A DNA stretch of 64,000 bases from Pseudomonadota bacterium (GCA_031416315.1 JANOTL010000146.1:34077-98076); one strand, 5' to 3'; counted from the stretch's first letter, positions 36,820 to 46,306 are shown. A program made the numbers and translations. The notes: generated by a model from the sequence alone, not told the origin.

Positions 36820-38280
36820 TTACTTGCAGAGACTGGGCTCGCCCGTGCTCACCGTTTCGGCCGGCAAGCCTTCCGAGATCGAGTCGTACGCGCCGCAGAG
36901 GCCCGTATCGGACGGATTCGTGGCCGAGTCGCCGTAGACGACCTTGTCGATTTCGGCGAGCTTCGCCTTATCGGCGTCGCTCACCGCCGGATTGGCCGCG
37001 AGCGCCTTGAAGTCGGCCTGCGAGTTGACGGTCGTGCCAGCCGGCAAGTTCGCCGCGGTGAGCTGCTTCGTGATCGTCTCGTTGATCTTCGCGCCGACCG
37101 TCGTCGAGAACTTCTCGAGCATCTGGCCCTTGAGCGCTTTGGTCTGGCCGTCGACCGACGCCGTGCCGCCTCCGAACTGTTTTGCGATCTCCTCGAGCTT
37201 CGCCAACGCCGTCGTGATCGACTTGGTCATGCTCTCGGGAAGCCCGGCTAGCGCCTGAAATGCCAGGTTCACGGCCAAGATGTCGCGCAGCGTATTGGAG
37301 ATCATCGAGTTCGCATTGGTGACGTCGAAAACGGTATCGACGGCTTTTTTCAGGTCGGTGACCTTGCCCACGAACTCGGAGATCCCGGCGGCGCCGTTCG
37401 CCTGGAAGGTGTTGATCACGTTGCCCGCGACCTCGAAGTTCGACTTGCCGGCTTCCAAGGTCGAGTAGAGCAGCACCGACTGATAGACCATCGCCTCGGT
37501 CAGGTGGCTGAAAGCCCAGAGGAAGTGGGCTTTGGCGGACTGCCGGCGCGGGATCTTGGTCTGGGCGCACGCTGCCGATTGATCGCGCGGGTCACCCGCA
37601 ACTTTCGTCGACGCGTCGACGAAGCGGCACGTGACCTTTATGGCCTTATCCATACTACGCAGCACCCCGACGCTGGCCCGCAGCTCGTCGGTCACCAAGT
37701 TCGGCACCGGCAAGGAGTTGGCGGCGAAGAGGCCGGAGGTGCTCACGTAGAAGCCGTTGCGAAGCCTTTTGTGATCTTCTTCGGTCAGGTTGATGATCGA
37801 TCCGAGCTGGAGCAAGGTCGTCGACGTGTTGGTGGACGAGGTCCCCGTCGAGGCGGTGGCGCCGGTCGTCCCGGTCGTTCCCGTCTGTTGGTTGAGCATG
37901 GCGGTCCGCATTTCTGCGAACTCCATTTCTTCAAGCTCCGTGAGAGTCGTCGGGGTCGTCGTCGTGGTCTTCGGCGTCGAGATCTCGATGAGCTTGCGCG
38001 CGAGCTGGAACGGGTCGATACCGCCAGTGGAGAGGTAGGTGTACCCGAGAAGAACCGCGGCGCCCTCATTGTCCTCGTTCCGCTCCATGAGCTCCGTGAG
38101 GAGGTCTTCGGCTTCCTCGAACTTGCCGGCATCGTAGTACGAGCGCGCAAGCTGGAGCTTGGTGTCGCCGCCTTCGTCCGTCGATCCGAAAATCTTGTTG
38201 AAGTTGGCATCACCGCAACCAACCTGCGTCAGCGTCAACGCCATCGCTGCCGCACTCAACCAGTTCCGCTTCTGCGTCAT
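36820..38280 (-). CDS. Lipoprotein with N-terminal TPR, mostly helical
   Basis: TQVGC lipobox-like signal; LARSYYDAGKFEEAEDLL...AVLLGYTYL TPR; Thr-rich linkers; GAGGT RBS. Confidence 0.75.
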   Translation of the reverse strand: MTQKRNWLSAAAMALTLTQVGCGDANFNKIFGSTDEGGDTKLQLARSYYDAGKFEEAEDLLTELMERNEDNEGAAVLLGYTYLSTGGIDPFQLARKLIEISTPKTTTTTPTTLTELEEMEFAEMRTAMLNQQTGTTGTTGATASTGTSSTNTSTTLLQLGSIINLTEEDHKRLRNGFYVSTSGLFAANSLPVPNLVTDELRASVGVLRSMDKAIKVTCRFVDASTKVAGDPRDQSAACAQTKIPRRQSAKAHFLWAFSHLTEAMVYQSVLLYSTLEAGKSNFEVAGNVINTFQANGAAGISEFVGKVTDLKKAVDTVFDVTNANSMISNTLRDILAVNLAFQALAGLPESMTKSITTALAKLEEIAKQFGGGTASVDGQTKALKGQMLEKFSTTVGAKINETITKQLTAANLPAGTTVNSQADFKALAANPAVSDADKAKLAEIDKVVYGDSATNPSDTGLCGAYDSISEGLPAETVSTGEPSLCK

Positions 38281-38297
38281 GGACTACCTCTCTCGGG

Positions 38298-38573
38298 CTA
38301 TTCGGGGAAGAAGACGATGTCCTCGCCTTCGTCGGTGACATGATACTTGTCGCGAAGCACTTTGCGAGCATAGCTCGGCGACTCTTTCAGCCGCATGATC
38401 TCGTCCTGGAGCGCACGATTCTCGTCTTTGATGCCGTCGACGGTCGTTTGCAGGACGTCGCGACTCTTTTTGAGCGATCGCCAATTGGCGATGCCGCTCT
38501 CCCCCCGGGCCATGCCCAGGACGAGAACGGCCGCCGCGGCCAACAGCGGTGCGAGCGCCCAGCGTTTCTTCAC
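38298..38573 (-). CDS. ftsB: Septum formation initiator (FtsB/DivIC family)
   Basis: GTG 38573; TM helix then GESG..., coiled coil ENRALQDEI.RLK and RDKYHVTDEGEDIVFF; 91 aa. Confidence 0.8.
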   Translation of the reverse strand: MKKRWALAPLLAAAAVLVLGMARGESGIANWRSLKKSRDVLQTTVDGIKDENRALQDEIMRLKESPSYARKVLRDKYHVTDEGEDIVFFPE

Positions 38574-39427
38574 GGCGCGGGCACCGGCGAGTCGGCCATG
38601 ATCCAGGCCTCGATCGCGGCCGCATCGTCCGGAGTCATCGGGGCGACGGCGTTGCCGGCATCGTCCTGCGCCGGAGGCATCGGGCTCTCGGCGTCTTTCA
38701 TGCGCACAAGGACGCGCGACTTCTTCTGTTCGTCTGCGGTGCCGCGCTTCACCTTCTTCTTGTCGACGAGCTTCTGCAGGTCGTTGATGTAGCCGATGGC
38801 GCCGAGCGCCTCGGGCGCCTGCGGACCGTGGCATGAGCCGCAGGCCCGATCGAGAGCGCCGCGTGCCGCCGTCGCTAGGGCCGCGGGGTCGCCGCCGGTC
38901 GGGGACCCAGGAGCCGCAATCGGCGTTTGCGCCGGCTCGGGCGTGGGCGTCGGAACGGCGCCGCCAGCGGCGGGAACCGGAGCGTCCGCGAGAATCCAAG
39001 CCTCGATCGCCTTGATCGCCTCTTCGGGCATCCGGTCGATCGGCGTACCTTCCTCGGTCGCCAAGGGCGGCATCGGGCTCTCGGTGTCGTACATGCGCAC
39101 GAGCACGCGCGACTTCTTCTGCTCCTCGGCGGTCCCGCGCTTCACCTTCTTCTTGTCGACGAGCTTTTGCAGGTCGTCGATGTAGCCGATGGCGCCGAGC
39201 GCTTCGGGCGCCTGCGGCCCGTGACAGGAGCCGCAATATTGGTTGAGCGCCGTCTTTGCGTTTGCCGCCAGAGTGGCTGGGTCGGTGGCCGGCATGCCGC
39301 TCATCGCCGCGTCTTCGCGCAGGCGGCTCGCATCTTTCGTCTGGCAAGCCGACATGGACAGCGCCGTGACGCAGCTGACGACACCGAGGGCAAGCGCGCT
39401 CGCGCTGACCTTCTGACGGAACTTCAT
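38570..39427 (-). CDS. Di-heme c-type cytochrome lipoprotein with duplicated domain
   Basis: Lipobox-like MSAC; two CGSCH heme motifs, each followed by SPMPP (Met ligand) and AIEAWI. Confidence 0.85.
   Translation of the reverse strand: MKFRQKVSASALALGVVSCVTALSMSACQTKDASRLREDAAMSGMPATDPATLAANAKTALNQYCGSCHGPQAPEALGAIGYIDDLQKLVDKKKVKRGTAEEQKKSRVLVRMYDTESPMPPLATEEGTPIDRMPEEAIKAIEAWILADAPVPAAGGAVPTPTPEPAQTPIAAPGSPTGGDPAALATAARGALDRACGSCHGPQAPEALGAIGYINDLQKLVDKKKVKRGTADEQKKSRVLVRMKDAESPMPPAQDDAGNAVAPMTPDDAAAIEAWIMADSPVPAP
38676..39235. repeat. Direct repeat of about 167 bp (38676-38842 and 39069-39235) inside the cytochrome gene
   Basis: Near-identical DNA, e.g. CCGCGCTTCACCTTCTTCTTGTCGACGAGCTT in both copies; offset 393 bp. 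Confidence 0.9.
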
Positions 39428-39545
39428 TGGCCCCTCCGGGGGATGTCTGTTGGGAACTACCCATGATTCTAGCGCGACCGTCCCCTCGGCGACACAGGTG
39501 GCCCGCCTGCGCCTGTGTCCCGGGGCGCACAGCGAAGCTTGGCCA

Positions 39546-39570
39546 ATCCAAAAATATCAATAATTTTGGA
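39546..39570. promoter_or_regulatory. AT-rich inverted repeat with IHF-like core
   Basis: TCCAAAA...TTTTGGA arms around ATATCAATAA; TATCAATAATTTT matches WATCAANNNNTTR with one mismatch. Confidence 0.45.
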
Positions 39571-39590
39571 CTGTTGACCTCCATGGCGGG

Positions 39591-39608
39591 CTGGCACACT
39601 GCCTGCTT
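39591..39608 (+). promoter_or_regulatory. Sigma54 (-24/-12) promoter
   Basis: CTGGCACACTGCCTGCTT gives GG-N10-GC, about 50 bp upstream of ATG 39659. Confidence 0.7.
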
Positions 39609-39658
39609 TATGAGCTGCGCACGGCGTCCCGTTCACGCCGCCTTAGAGGAGTCTCCCG

Positions 39659-40327
39659 ATGAAATGGTTCACTTATCTGTTTGCCGCCGCCGTCGCGCTG
39701 ACCTCGAACATGGCTCTCGGCGACGCGACCGTGACTGCGGGCCGCCCGGTTCACGTGTCGTTCGAGACCAACCCCGTCACTCTGCTGATGAACCTGGTCC
39801 CCGGCGGACGCGGCTTCTCGGGTGGCGTGGAAGTGCCTTTCGGCGAGCACGTCGCGGCCTTCGGAGGCGTCAGCATCTTCGGCCTGCAGCTCTCCGACGA
39901 GATGCTCGAGTCCTCGCGCAAGGACGCTGAGACGGTCGACGATCTCCTGGTGAGCTCAATGCGCATGACCGGCGTGAACGGCGGCCTGCGCTACTACGGC
40001 AACACGCAACGCGACAGCTGGTACGCAGGCGGTAGCCTCGGAACCGGAAAGAACCGCATCACCTATTTGAAGAACGACACCGACGTCACCGACGAGAACA
40101 CTTTCCTGACGAGCGGCATCGACGCGGGCTACCGCTGGCTCTGGGATTCCGGCTTCCTGATCCGCGTCGGCGGCGGCATCGTCGCCAACACCATGCGCGA
40201 CCGCACGATCTCTGCGATCGCCGGCGAGCCGACGCCCGAGCTGCGCGACGAGGTCGCGAGCAAAGGCCAAACCAAGAAGACCGCGGTCTCCACCAGCTTC
40301 AATTTCGGACTCGGCTGGGCCTTCTGA
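39659..40327 (+). CDS. Outer-membrane beta-barrel protein (DUF3575-like)
   Basis: Signal peptide; GLRYY and AGYRWLW strands; C-terminal FGLGWAF (Bam signal); GAGGAG RBS. Confidence 0.8.
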   Translation: MKWFTYLFAAAVALTSNMALGDATVTAGRPVHVSFETNPVTLLMNLVPGGRGFSGGVEVPFGEHVAAFGGVSIFGLQLSDEMLESSRKDAETVDDLLVSSMRMTGVNGGLRYYGNTQRDSWYAGGSLGTGKNRITYLKNDTDVTDENTFLTSGIDAGYRWLWDSGFLIRVGGGIVANTMRDRTISAIAGEPTPELRDEVASKGQTKKTAVSTSFNFGLGWAF

Positions 40328-40402
40328 CCTTATCGACAATCGATGATTTCTTCTTGTCTTTCGACGACGATTCGCGTACATCGGCCCCATACCGGAGGTT
40401 CC

Positions 40403-40999
40403 ATGCGATTCGTCCTCGGCGTCCTGAGCGTCTTCCACGGCTTGATCGGCCTCTTGTTCACCGTCGCGGCTGCTGCATGCGCGCTCCATCCGCTTTACCT
40501 CCCCGAGCTCGAGCGCCTCTACATGCAGCCGGTCTCTGAAGACGCGCTTCGCGACCTGCCGAACTTCGGCATGCTGAAGCTCTTCGTCCTGAGCGGCGAC
40601 GCCGCGCGGCTCGCGACGGGGTCCGCCCTCGTCTTCTCGCTCCTCTCGATCACGGCCTGGCTCACTGTCGGCGTGTGGAAGACGCTACGGCGTGGTCCTG
40701 AGAACGACGGCCTGCGCCACGTCCCGAAGCTCCTCTTCGCCTGCTTCCTTGCGGCGTTCGCGCGCACTGCGCTAACGACCTCGGACTACTGGAAGCTGCC
40801 GCTGGCCTCCGCCCTCTCGGCATTGCCGGAGGCGACCGTCGGCAAGACCTTCGCGGCCGACTCCCAGGCCGCCGTCTCCCTCCTCAGCATGATCGTCCCG
40901 ACCTTCAACGGCGGCATCGCCTTGGTCCTCGCCGCGCTGAGCTTCGCCGCGCTCTCCTACCGCCAACGCCAGAGTCGCGCCACGGCGGTCTCTGCCTAA
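40403..40999 (+). CDS. Four-TM membrane protein (DUF2975-like position)
   Basis: GGAGG RBS; hydrophobic helices; TAATG coupling to the XRE regulator. Confidence 0.65.
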   Translation: MRFVLGVLSVFHGLIGLLFTVAAAACALHPLYLPELERLYMQPVSEDALRDLPNFGMLKLFVLSGDAARLATGSALVFSLLSITAWLTVGVWKTLRRGPENDGLRHVPKLLFACFLAAFARTALTTSDYWKLPLASALSALPEATVGKTFAADSQAAVSLLSMIVPTFNGGIALVLAALSFAALSYRQRQSRATAVSA

Positions 41000-41241
41000 T
41001 GCGCGTCCGCGTCGATCTTGACCTAATGCTTGCCCGGCGGAAGATGCGCCTCTCGGAGCTCGCCGAGACCGTCGGCATCACCCTCGCCAATCTCTCGATC
41101 TTGAAGACGGGCAAGGCGCGCGCGATCCGCTTTTCGACGCTGGAGAAGATCTGCGCGGCGCTCGACTGCCAGCCCGGCGATCTGCTCGCCGTTACTCCGA
41201 CAGATGATGGCCCGCGACCTTCCGCACGCCGAACTCGCTGA
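40999..41241 (+). CDS. XRE-family HTH regulator (YozG-like)
   Basis: VDLDLMLARRKM.LSELAE.VGITLANLSILKTGKARAIRFSTLEKIC.ALDCQPGDLL. Confidence 0.93.
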   Translation: MRVRVDLDLMLARRKMRLSELAETVGITLANLSILKTGKARAIRFSTLEKICAALDCQPGDLLAVTPTDDGPRPSARRTR

Positions 41242-43384
41242 AGCGCACGACCGCCTTCAAGGCGCCGAGCTCCTCGGTGATCTCCTCGATCTTGCCGAGC
41301 CCGTAGGTCGGATGGCGCACCGTCTGGCCGATCGCCAGGGTCTCGAGGTTCACGCTGCGCTCGCCGTCGTCGTAGTCGTAGCGCATGCCACGGTTGACGG
41401 CCGAAAGGCCGATGCTGCCATGATCGCGCGCCTGGCGAACGAAGGCGCCCTCGACCTCGCTCGCCGGCTGGAAGGTTTCTGAGGGAATCTCCATCAGGAA
41501 GCGCGAGGGCTTGTTCGCCGTCCAGTTCGCGTACGTCCGCCGGCGGTAGGCGCCGGTGAGCGTCAGCTTTTCCTTGGCTCGGGTCATGCCCACGTAGAAG
41601 AGGCGGCGCTCTTCTTCGATCGCGTCGTTGTCGTCGAGGCTGTTGCGGTGGGGGAGGAGGCCCTCCTCGATCCCGACCAGGAACACGCGGTCGAACTCGA
41701 GCCCCTTCGCCATGTGGAGCGTCATCATCGAGACGCCGCCTTGCGAGGCGCTATCCTCTGACGACAAGGTCACCGACTGGAGCCATTCCGCGATCGTCGC
41801 CTCCGCGTAAGCGCCGGCGAAGTCCGCGAGTGCTGCGCCCAATTCGTGGATGTTCTCGATTTTGTCCTCGGCCTGATCGGGGAATTTCTTCCGCACGTAG
41901 TCGAGGTAGCCGAGCTCGGTGATCAGGGTCGGCAGCGCTTCGTCGAGCGGCTGCTGGAGGATGGCGGCGCGCAGACGCTGGAAGATCGCGACGAACTCTT
42001 TCAGCTTCGCCCCGAGTTTCGGGTAATTTTCCGTCACCATCTGCTCGATCGCCGCCATCATCGGGATACCGCGCCGCGAGGCCTCGGACTCGATCGTCGC
42101 CTCGGCCTTGTCGCCGATGCCGCGCGGCGGCACGTTCAGGACCCGCTTCAGGCTGACGTCGTCCGCCGGGTTCACCAGCAGACGGAAGTAGCCCATGAGG
42201 TCCTTGACCTCGAGACGGTCGTAGAACCGCACCGTGCCGTAGATCGTGTACGGGATGTTCTCGCGGCGCAGCGCGTCCTCAAGAAGGCGCGACTGGCTGT
42301 TCGTCCGGTAAAAGATCGCCACGTCCTGGTACGAGAACCGCTCGGTTTCCCGTTTGATCGTGTCGACGAGCCACCAGGCCTCAAGGTCGTTGTCCGGCTC
42401 CAGCCGGTAGTCGATCTTGTCGCCGGTGTCATTGTCGGTGAACAGGGTCTTCGGCACGCGGTGCTTGTTGTTCTGGATCATCGCGTTGGCCGCGGCGACA
42501 ATATTGCCGGAGCAGCGGTAGTTCTGCGCCAGCGTCACCTTGACGGCGTCGGGATAGACCTTGTCGAAGTCGATGATGTTGGACGGCAGAGCGCCGCGCC
42601 AGCTGTAGATCGACTGGTCGTCGTCGCCGACGACGAAGAGGTTCTTGTGCACCTCGGCGAGCCGCGCGATCAGCTCGAACTGCGTCCGGTTCGTATCTTG
42701 ATACTCGTCGACGAGGATGTAGCGATAACGGTTTTGCATCACCGTGCGCACCATCGCGTTCCGCCGCAAGAGCAAGAGGACGTTCATGATCAGGTCGGAG
42801 AAGTCCATGGCGTTGCAGGCCGCCAAATACTCCTGATAGCGCGCGTAGACCTCGACGCCCGAAGGCGGCATCAGGCCCGAGTACTCGCGCTTCAGGCGCT
42901 CGTCGCTCGGCAGCATCGCCATCGTCTTCATCTTCGCGATCGCGGCCTTGAACTCCTGGGCCGAGTTCGTTTCGTCGAGCTTCACGTTGAGCTCGGCCAG
43001 CACGGTCTTGATCGCCGAGAGCGAGTCGTTGTCGTCGTAGATCGTGAAATCGGAGGTGTAGCCCAGCTCCGGCGCGAACTCGCGCAGCCACCGCGCGCAG
43101 GCGGAATGAAACGTCGAGATCAGGCAACGACCGCTCCGCGACGTCAGCGCCTCGACCCGAGCCTTCATTTCCTTCGCGGCCTTGTTCGTGAACGTGACCG
43201 CGAGGATCTCCCACGGCGGCACGCCCTGCTCGATCAGCCAGGCGATCCGGTGCGTGATGATCCGCGTCTTCCCCGAGCCGGCGCCCGCGAAGACGACGAG
43301 CGGTCCGTCGCGATGCGAGGCGGCAGTGCGCTGAACGTCGTTCAGACCCGCGAGCAGGATCGAGGCAGGCGACGGTTGAGTCAC
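41192..43384 (-). CDS. pcrA: ATP-dependent DNA helicase PcrA/UvrD
   Basis: GTG 43384 overlaps the glmS stop; AGAGSGKT, TFTNKAA, DEYQDTN, VGDDDQSIYSWRGA, KGLEF and EERRLFYVGMTRA; C-terminal Tudor-like V.HP.YG.G. Confidence 0.95.
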   Translation of the reverse strand: MTQPSPASILLAGLNDVQRTAASHRDGPLVVFAGAGSGKTRIITHRIAWLIEQGVPPWEILAVTFTNKAAKEMKARVEALTSRSGRCLISTFHSACARWLREFAPELGYTSDFTIYDDNDSLSAIKTVLAELNVKLDETNSAQEFKAAIAKMKTMAMLPSDERLKREYSGLMPPSGVEVYARYQEYLAACNAMDFSDLIMNVLLLLRRNAMVRTVMQNRYRYILVDEYQDTNRTQFELIARLAEVHKNLFVVGDDDQSIYSWRGALPSNIIDFDKVYPDAVKVTLAQNYRCSGNIVAAANAMIQNNKHRVPKTLFTDNDTGDKIDYRLEPDNDLEAWWLVDTIKRETERFSYQDVAIFYRTNSQSRLLEDALRRENIPYTIYGTVRFYDRLEVKDLMGYFRLLVNPADDVSLKRVLNVPPRGIGDKAEATIESEASRRGIPMMAAIEQMVTENYPKLGAKLKEFVAIFQRLRAAILQQPLDEALPTLITELGYLDYVRKKFPDQAEDKIENIHELGAALADFAGAYAEATIAEWLQSVTLSSEDSASQGGVSMMTLHMAKGLEFDRVFLVGIEEGLLPHRNSLDDNDAIEEERRLFYVGMTRAKEKLTLTGAYRRRTYANWTANKPSRFLMEIPSETFQPASEVEGAFVRQARDHGSIGLSAVNRGMRYDYDDGERSVNLETLAIGQTVRHPTYGLGKIEEITEELGALKAVVRFSEFGVRKVAGHHLSE

Positions 43385-45213
43385 TCGACGGTTACCGATT
43401 TGGCGAGGTTGCGGGGCTGGTCGACGTCGGTTCCGCGACGTACCGCGACATAGTACGCGAGAAGCTGCATGGGCACGACGGACACGATCGCGGCGAGGCC
43501 GGAATCCTCGAGTCCGACGCAAGGGATGAAGTCCTCTCCGAGGCGCCGGAGCTTCTCATCGTGAGGATCGCCGACGGCGATGATGCGGCCTTGGCGGGCC
43601 TTCACTTCCTCGATGTTCGACACCATTTTCTCGTACCAATGATCCTTCGGGGCCAGCGCCACGACCGGCATATGGCGGTCGATCAGCGCGATCGGCCCGT
43701 GCTTCAGCTCGCCGCCGGCGTAGCCTTCGGCATGGATGTAAGAGATTTCCTTGAGCTTCAGGGCGCCTTCGAGCGCGATCGCGTAGCTCGTGCCGCGGCC
43801 CATGTAGATGAAGTTGGCGGCCTCGTAGTACTTCTCGGCAACTTTTTGGATCGGCTCTTTGCCGTCGATTGCGTGGTCCATGAGAGCGGGAAGCGCTCGC
43901 AACTGCGTAAACTTGGCCTCGAGCGCGGCGCCCTTCAGCTTGCCGCGCTTCTGGCCCAAGGCGAGCCCGAAGAGGAACTGCGCCAAGAGCATGGCGGTGA
44001 ACGCCTTCGTCGAGGCGACGCCGATCTCCGGGCCGCACTCCATGTAAAGGGTCGCGTCGCATTCCCGCGGAATCGAGGACATCTTGACGTTGCAGATCGC
44101 GAACGTCTGGCAGCCGCGCTCTTTCGCGTGCTTGATGCAGGCGAGGGTGTCGGCCGTCTCGCCCGACTGGCTCACCGCGATGACGAGAGTGCCGGCGTCG
44201 AGGACCGGGTCGCGGTAGCGGAACTCGCTCGCGAGCTCGACGCTCACCGGAATGCCGGCGGACCCCTCGATCATGTATTTGCCGAGGAGGCACGAATAGT
44301 GCGCGGTGCCGCAGGCTACCATCGCGATGCTGGTGACGCGGTCGAGCTGGAGGCCTTCGAGCCCCATTTCCTTGACGCGCAGGGCCTTGGCGTCGTGGTC
44401 GACGAAGCGTTTCGCCATCGCCGCGAGGACGCGCGGCTGCTCGTGGATCTCCTTCAGCATGAAGTGGCGGAAGCCCTGCTTTTCGACGCTGGCGCTGGAG
44501 ATGTCGAGCTCGATGAAGCGCGTCTCGATCTTTTGGCCCGCGAAGGTCCAGACGTCGACCGTATCCTCGGTGATGCGCGCGTACTCGCGGTCGTTGAGGA
44601 ACATCGCGCGGCTCGTGTGGGCGACGAGCGCCATCGCGTCGCTGGCGAAGTAGTTCTCGCCCCGGCCTGCGCCGATCACGAGCGGCGAACCCAGCTTCAT
44701 GAGGTAGAGCGCTTCCGGCTCCGAGGCGAGCATGATGCCAAGCGAGAACGCGCCGCGCAGGCGGCCGATCAGGGACGCCAGCGCCTTCTGCACGTCCTTG
44801 TACTTGCGCATCTCGCGCGCGAACAGGTGCAGGACGACTTCGGTGTCGGTCTGCGACTGAAAGCGCGCCCCGTCCTTGATGAGCTCCTCTTTCAGCTCCT
44901 CGTAATTCTCGATGATGCCGTTGTGGACGAGCGCGATGCCGTCGACGACGTGCGGGTGCGCGTTCGTCGTGTTCGGCGCGCCGTGCGTCGCCCAGCGCGT
45001 GTGGCCGAGGCCGCGCGTCGCGTCCTGGGGCAAGGCGGCAAGCTTCGGCTTGAGCAGCGCGAGCTTGCCCTCAGTCTTCTCGACGGCGATCTCGCCGCGA
45101 TTCAGGACCGCGATGCCGGCGGAATCGTAGCCGCGGTACTCGAGCCGCGCGAGCCCTTCATAAAGCGTTTCGATGCACGAGCGTTTGCCGATGAAACCGA
45201 CGATTCCGCACAT
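43381..45213 (-). CDS. glmS: Glutamine--fructose-6-phosphate aminotransferase
   Basis: MCGIVG, LEYRGYDSAG, GHTRWATHG, SQSGETADT and DVDQPRNLAKSVTVE. Confidence 0.98.
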   Translation of the reverse strand: MCGIVGFIGKRSCIETLYEGLARLEYRGYDSAGIAVLNRGEIAVEKTEGKLALLKPKLAALPQDATRGLGHTRWATHGAPNTTNAHPHVVDGIALVHNGIIENYEELKEELIKDGARFQSQTDTEVVLHLFAREMRKYKDVQKALASLIGRLRGAFSLGIMLASEPEALYLMKLGSPLVIGAGRGENYFASDAMALVAHTSRAMFLNDREYARITEDTVDVWTFAGQKIETRFIELDISSASVEKQGFRHFMLKEIHEQPRVLAAMAKRFVDHDAKALRVKEMGLEGLQLDRVTSIAMVACGTAHYSCLLGKYMIEGSAGIPVSVELASEFRYRDPVLDAGTLVIAVSQSGETADTLACIKHAKERGCQTFAICNVKMSSIPRECDATLYMECGPEIGVASTKAFTAMLLAQFLFGLALGQKRGKLKGAALEAKFTQLRALPALMDHAIDGKEPIQKVAEKYYEAANFIYMGRGTSYAIALEGALKLKEISYIHAEGYAGGELKHGPIALIDRHMPVVALAPKDHWYEKMVSNIEEVKARQGRIIAVGDPHDEKLRRLGEDFIPCVGLEDSGLAAIVSVVPMQLLAYYVAVRRGTDVDQPRNLAKSVTVE

Positions 45214-45217
45214 GGGC

Positions 45218-46261
45218 TCATTTCCCTTCTAGACGCACGCTCAGGGGAGGAACGACTTCGCCGGCCTTGACCGTCACGCCGTCCAGCACGGAGCCGGCGC
45301 CGATGCGCGCTCCGGCGCCGATCTTGGTCTTGCCGCGCAGGCACACGCTCGGGCCGATCTCCGAGTCGGGGCCGACCTCGACCCCGTCTTCAACGTAAAC
45401 GGTATCGGGCAGGTGCACGGTGACGCCCGAAAGCATCATCGCCTCGATTTTCCGGCGCACGAGGACGGCCTCGACCGCGGCGAGCTGCGCTCGGTCGTTG
45501 ATGCCGGCGAACTCTTGCCACTTGTCGCTGACGTGAGCGTGCGTCGGCAGGCCGCGCTGCCACGCGTGCTTCACGCAGTCGGTCAGGTAGTATTCTTTCT
45601 GCGAGTTGTTCGGCTTCAGCTCCCGGATCAGCTCGAAGATCAGGTTCTTCTCGCCGAAGATGATGCCGGTGTTGCAGACGTCGATGCGCCGCGTCGACGG
45701 ATCGGCGTCGCGGTCCTCGACGATCGCGCGCAGCTTCGAGCCGTCGAGGATCATCCGGCCGTAGCCCCTCGGATCCGGCACGCGCATGCCGAGCACGCCG
45801 AGCTGCGCTCCGGCGTCGACGCACGCGTCGATGAACCCGGCGAGCGAGCCCGCGTCGAGCGCCGGCGTGTCGCCGGCGGAGATAAGCACGTGGGTCGCGT
45901 CGATCGGCTTCCCGCGCCGCTGCCGGTGCGCTTTGCCAGCGGCGTACGGCGCCGGCGTCGTCTCGGCGAAGCAGTAGGAAGCGGCGGCCACGGCGTCGCC
46001 GGTGCCTTGCCGGTTGATCTGCAAGGCCACGGCGAGGTCGGGGTCCTTCGCCAGGAACTCGTCGAAGCCGACGAGGTCCTCGCTCAGGACGAGGCAGGAC
46101 GCACCGATGCCGGAGCCGCGCATCGCGTCCAGAACCCAGCCGAGCATCGGTTTGCCCGCGATCGGGTGCAGCACTTTCGGGACCGCGCTTTTCATGCGCG
46201 TGCCTTTGCCCGCGGCAAGGACGATGCCCGCTACGGACCTGGAATTCTCGACGGTCGCCAA
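45218..46261 (-). CDS. glmU: GlmU-like N-acetylglucosamine-1-phosphate uridyltransferase with shortened hexapeptide domain
   Basis: LAAGKGTRMKS..PKVLH, GTGDAV, GYGR, N.QKEYYLTD and GINDRAQL; only 347 aa; TTG start with GGAGG; upstream of glmS. Confidence 0.85.
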   Translation of the reverse strand: MATVENSRSVAGIVLAAGKGTRMKSAVPKVLHPIAGKPMLGWVLDAMRGSGIGASCLVLSEDLVGFDEFLAKDPDLAVALQINRQGTGDAVAAASYCFAETTPAPYAAGKAHRQRRGKPIDATHVLISAGDTPALDAGSLAGFIDACVDAGAQLGVLGMRVPDPRGYGRMILDGSKLRAIVEDRDADPSTRRIDVCNTGIIFGEKNLIFELIRELKPNNSQKEYYLTDCVKHAWQRGLPTHAHVSDKWQEFAGINDRAQLAAVEAVLVRRKIEAMMLSGVTVHLPDTVYVEDGVEVGPDSEIGPSVCLRGKTKIGAGARIGAGSVLDGVTVKAGEVVPPLSVRLEGK

Positions 46262-46306
46262 CGAAGGCCTCCAAATGTAGGAGAACCTTTGATCCTTACC
46301 ACAGGA

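Noticed and set aside
38298..39599. 433-aa ORF as one long FtsB fusion
   Set aside because: Only the last 91 aa are FtsB-like; the rest overlaps the cytochrome gene in another frame.
40403..41241. Membrane protein plus XRE regulator as a toxin-antitoxin or prophage module
   Set aside because: It matches the common DUF2975-like/YozG gene pair, with no phage or toxin context.
46262..46306. glmS ribozyme upstream of glmU-glmS
   Set aside because: The intergenic space is too short, and glmS follows glmU after only 4 bp.
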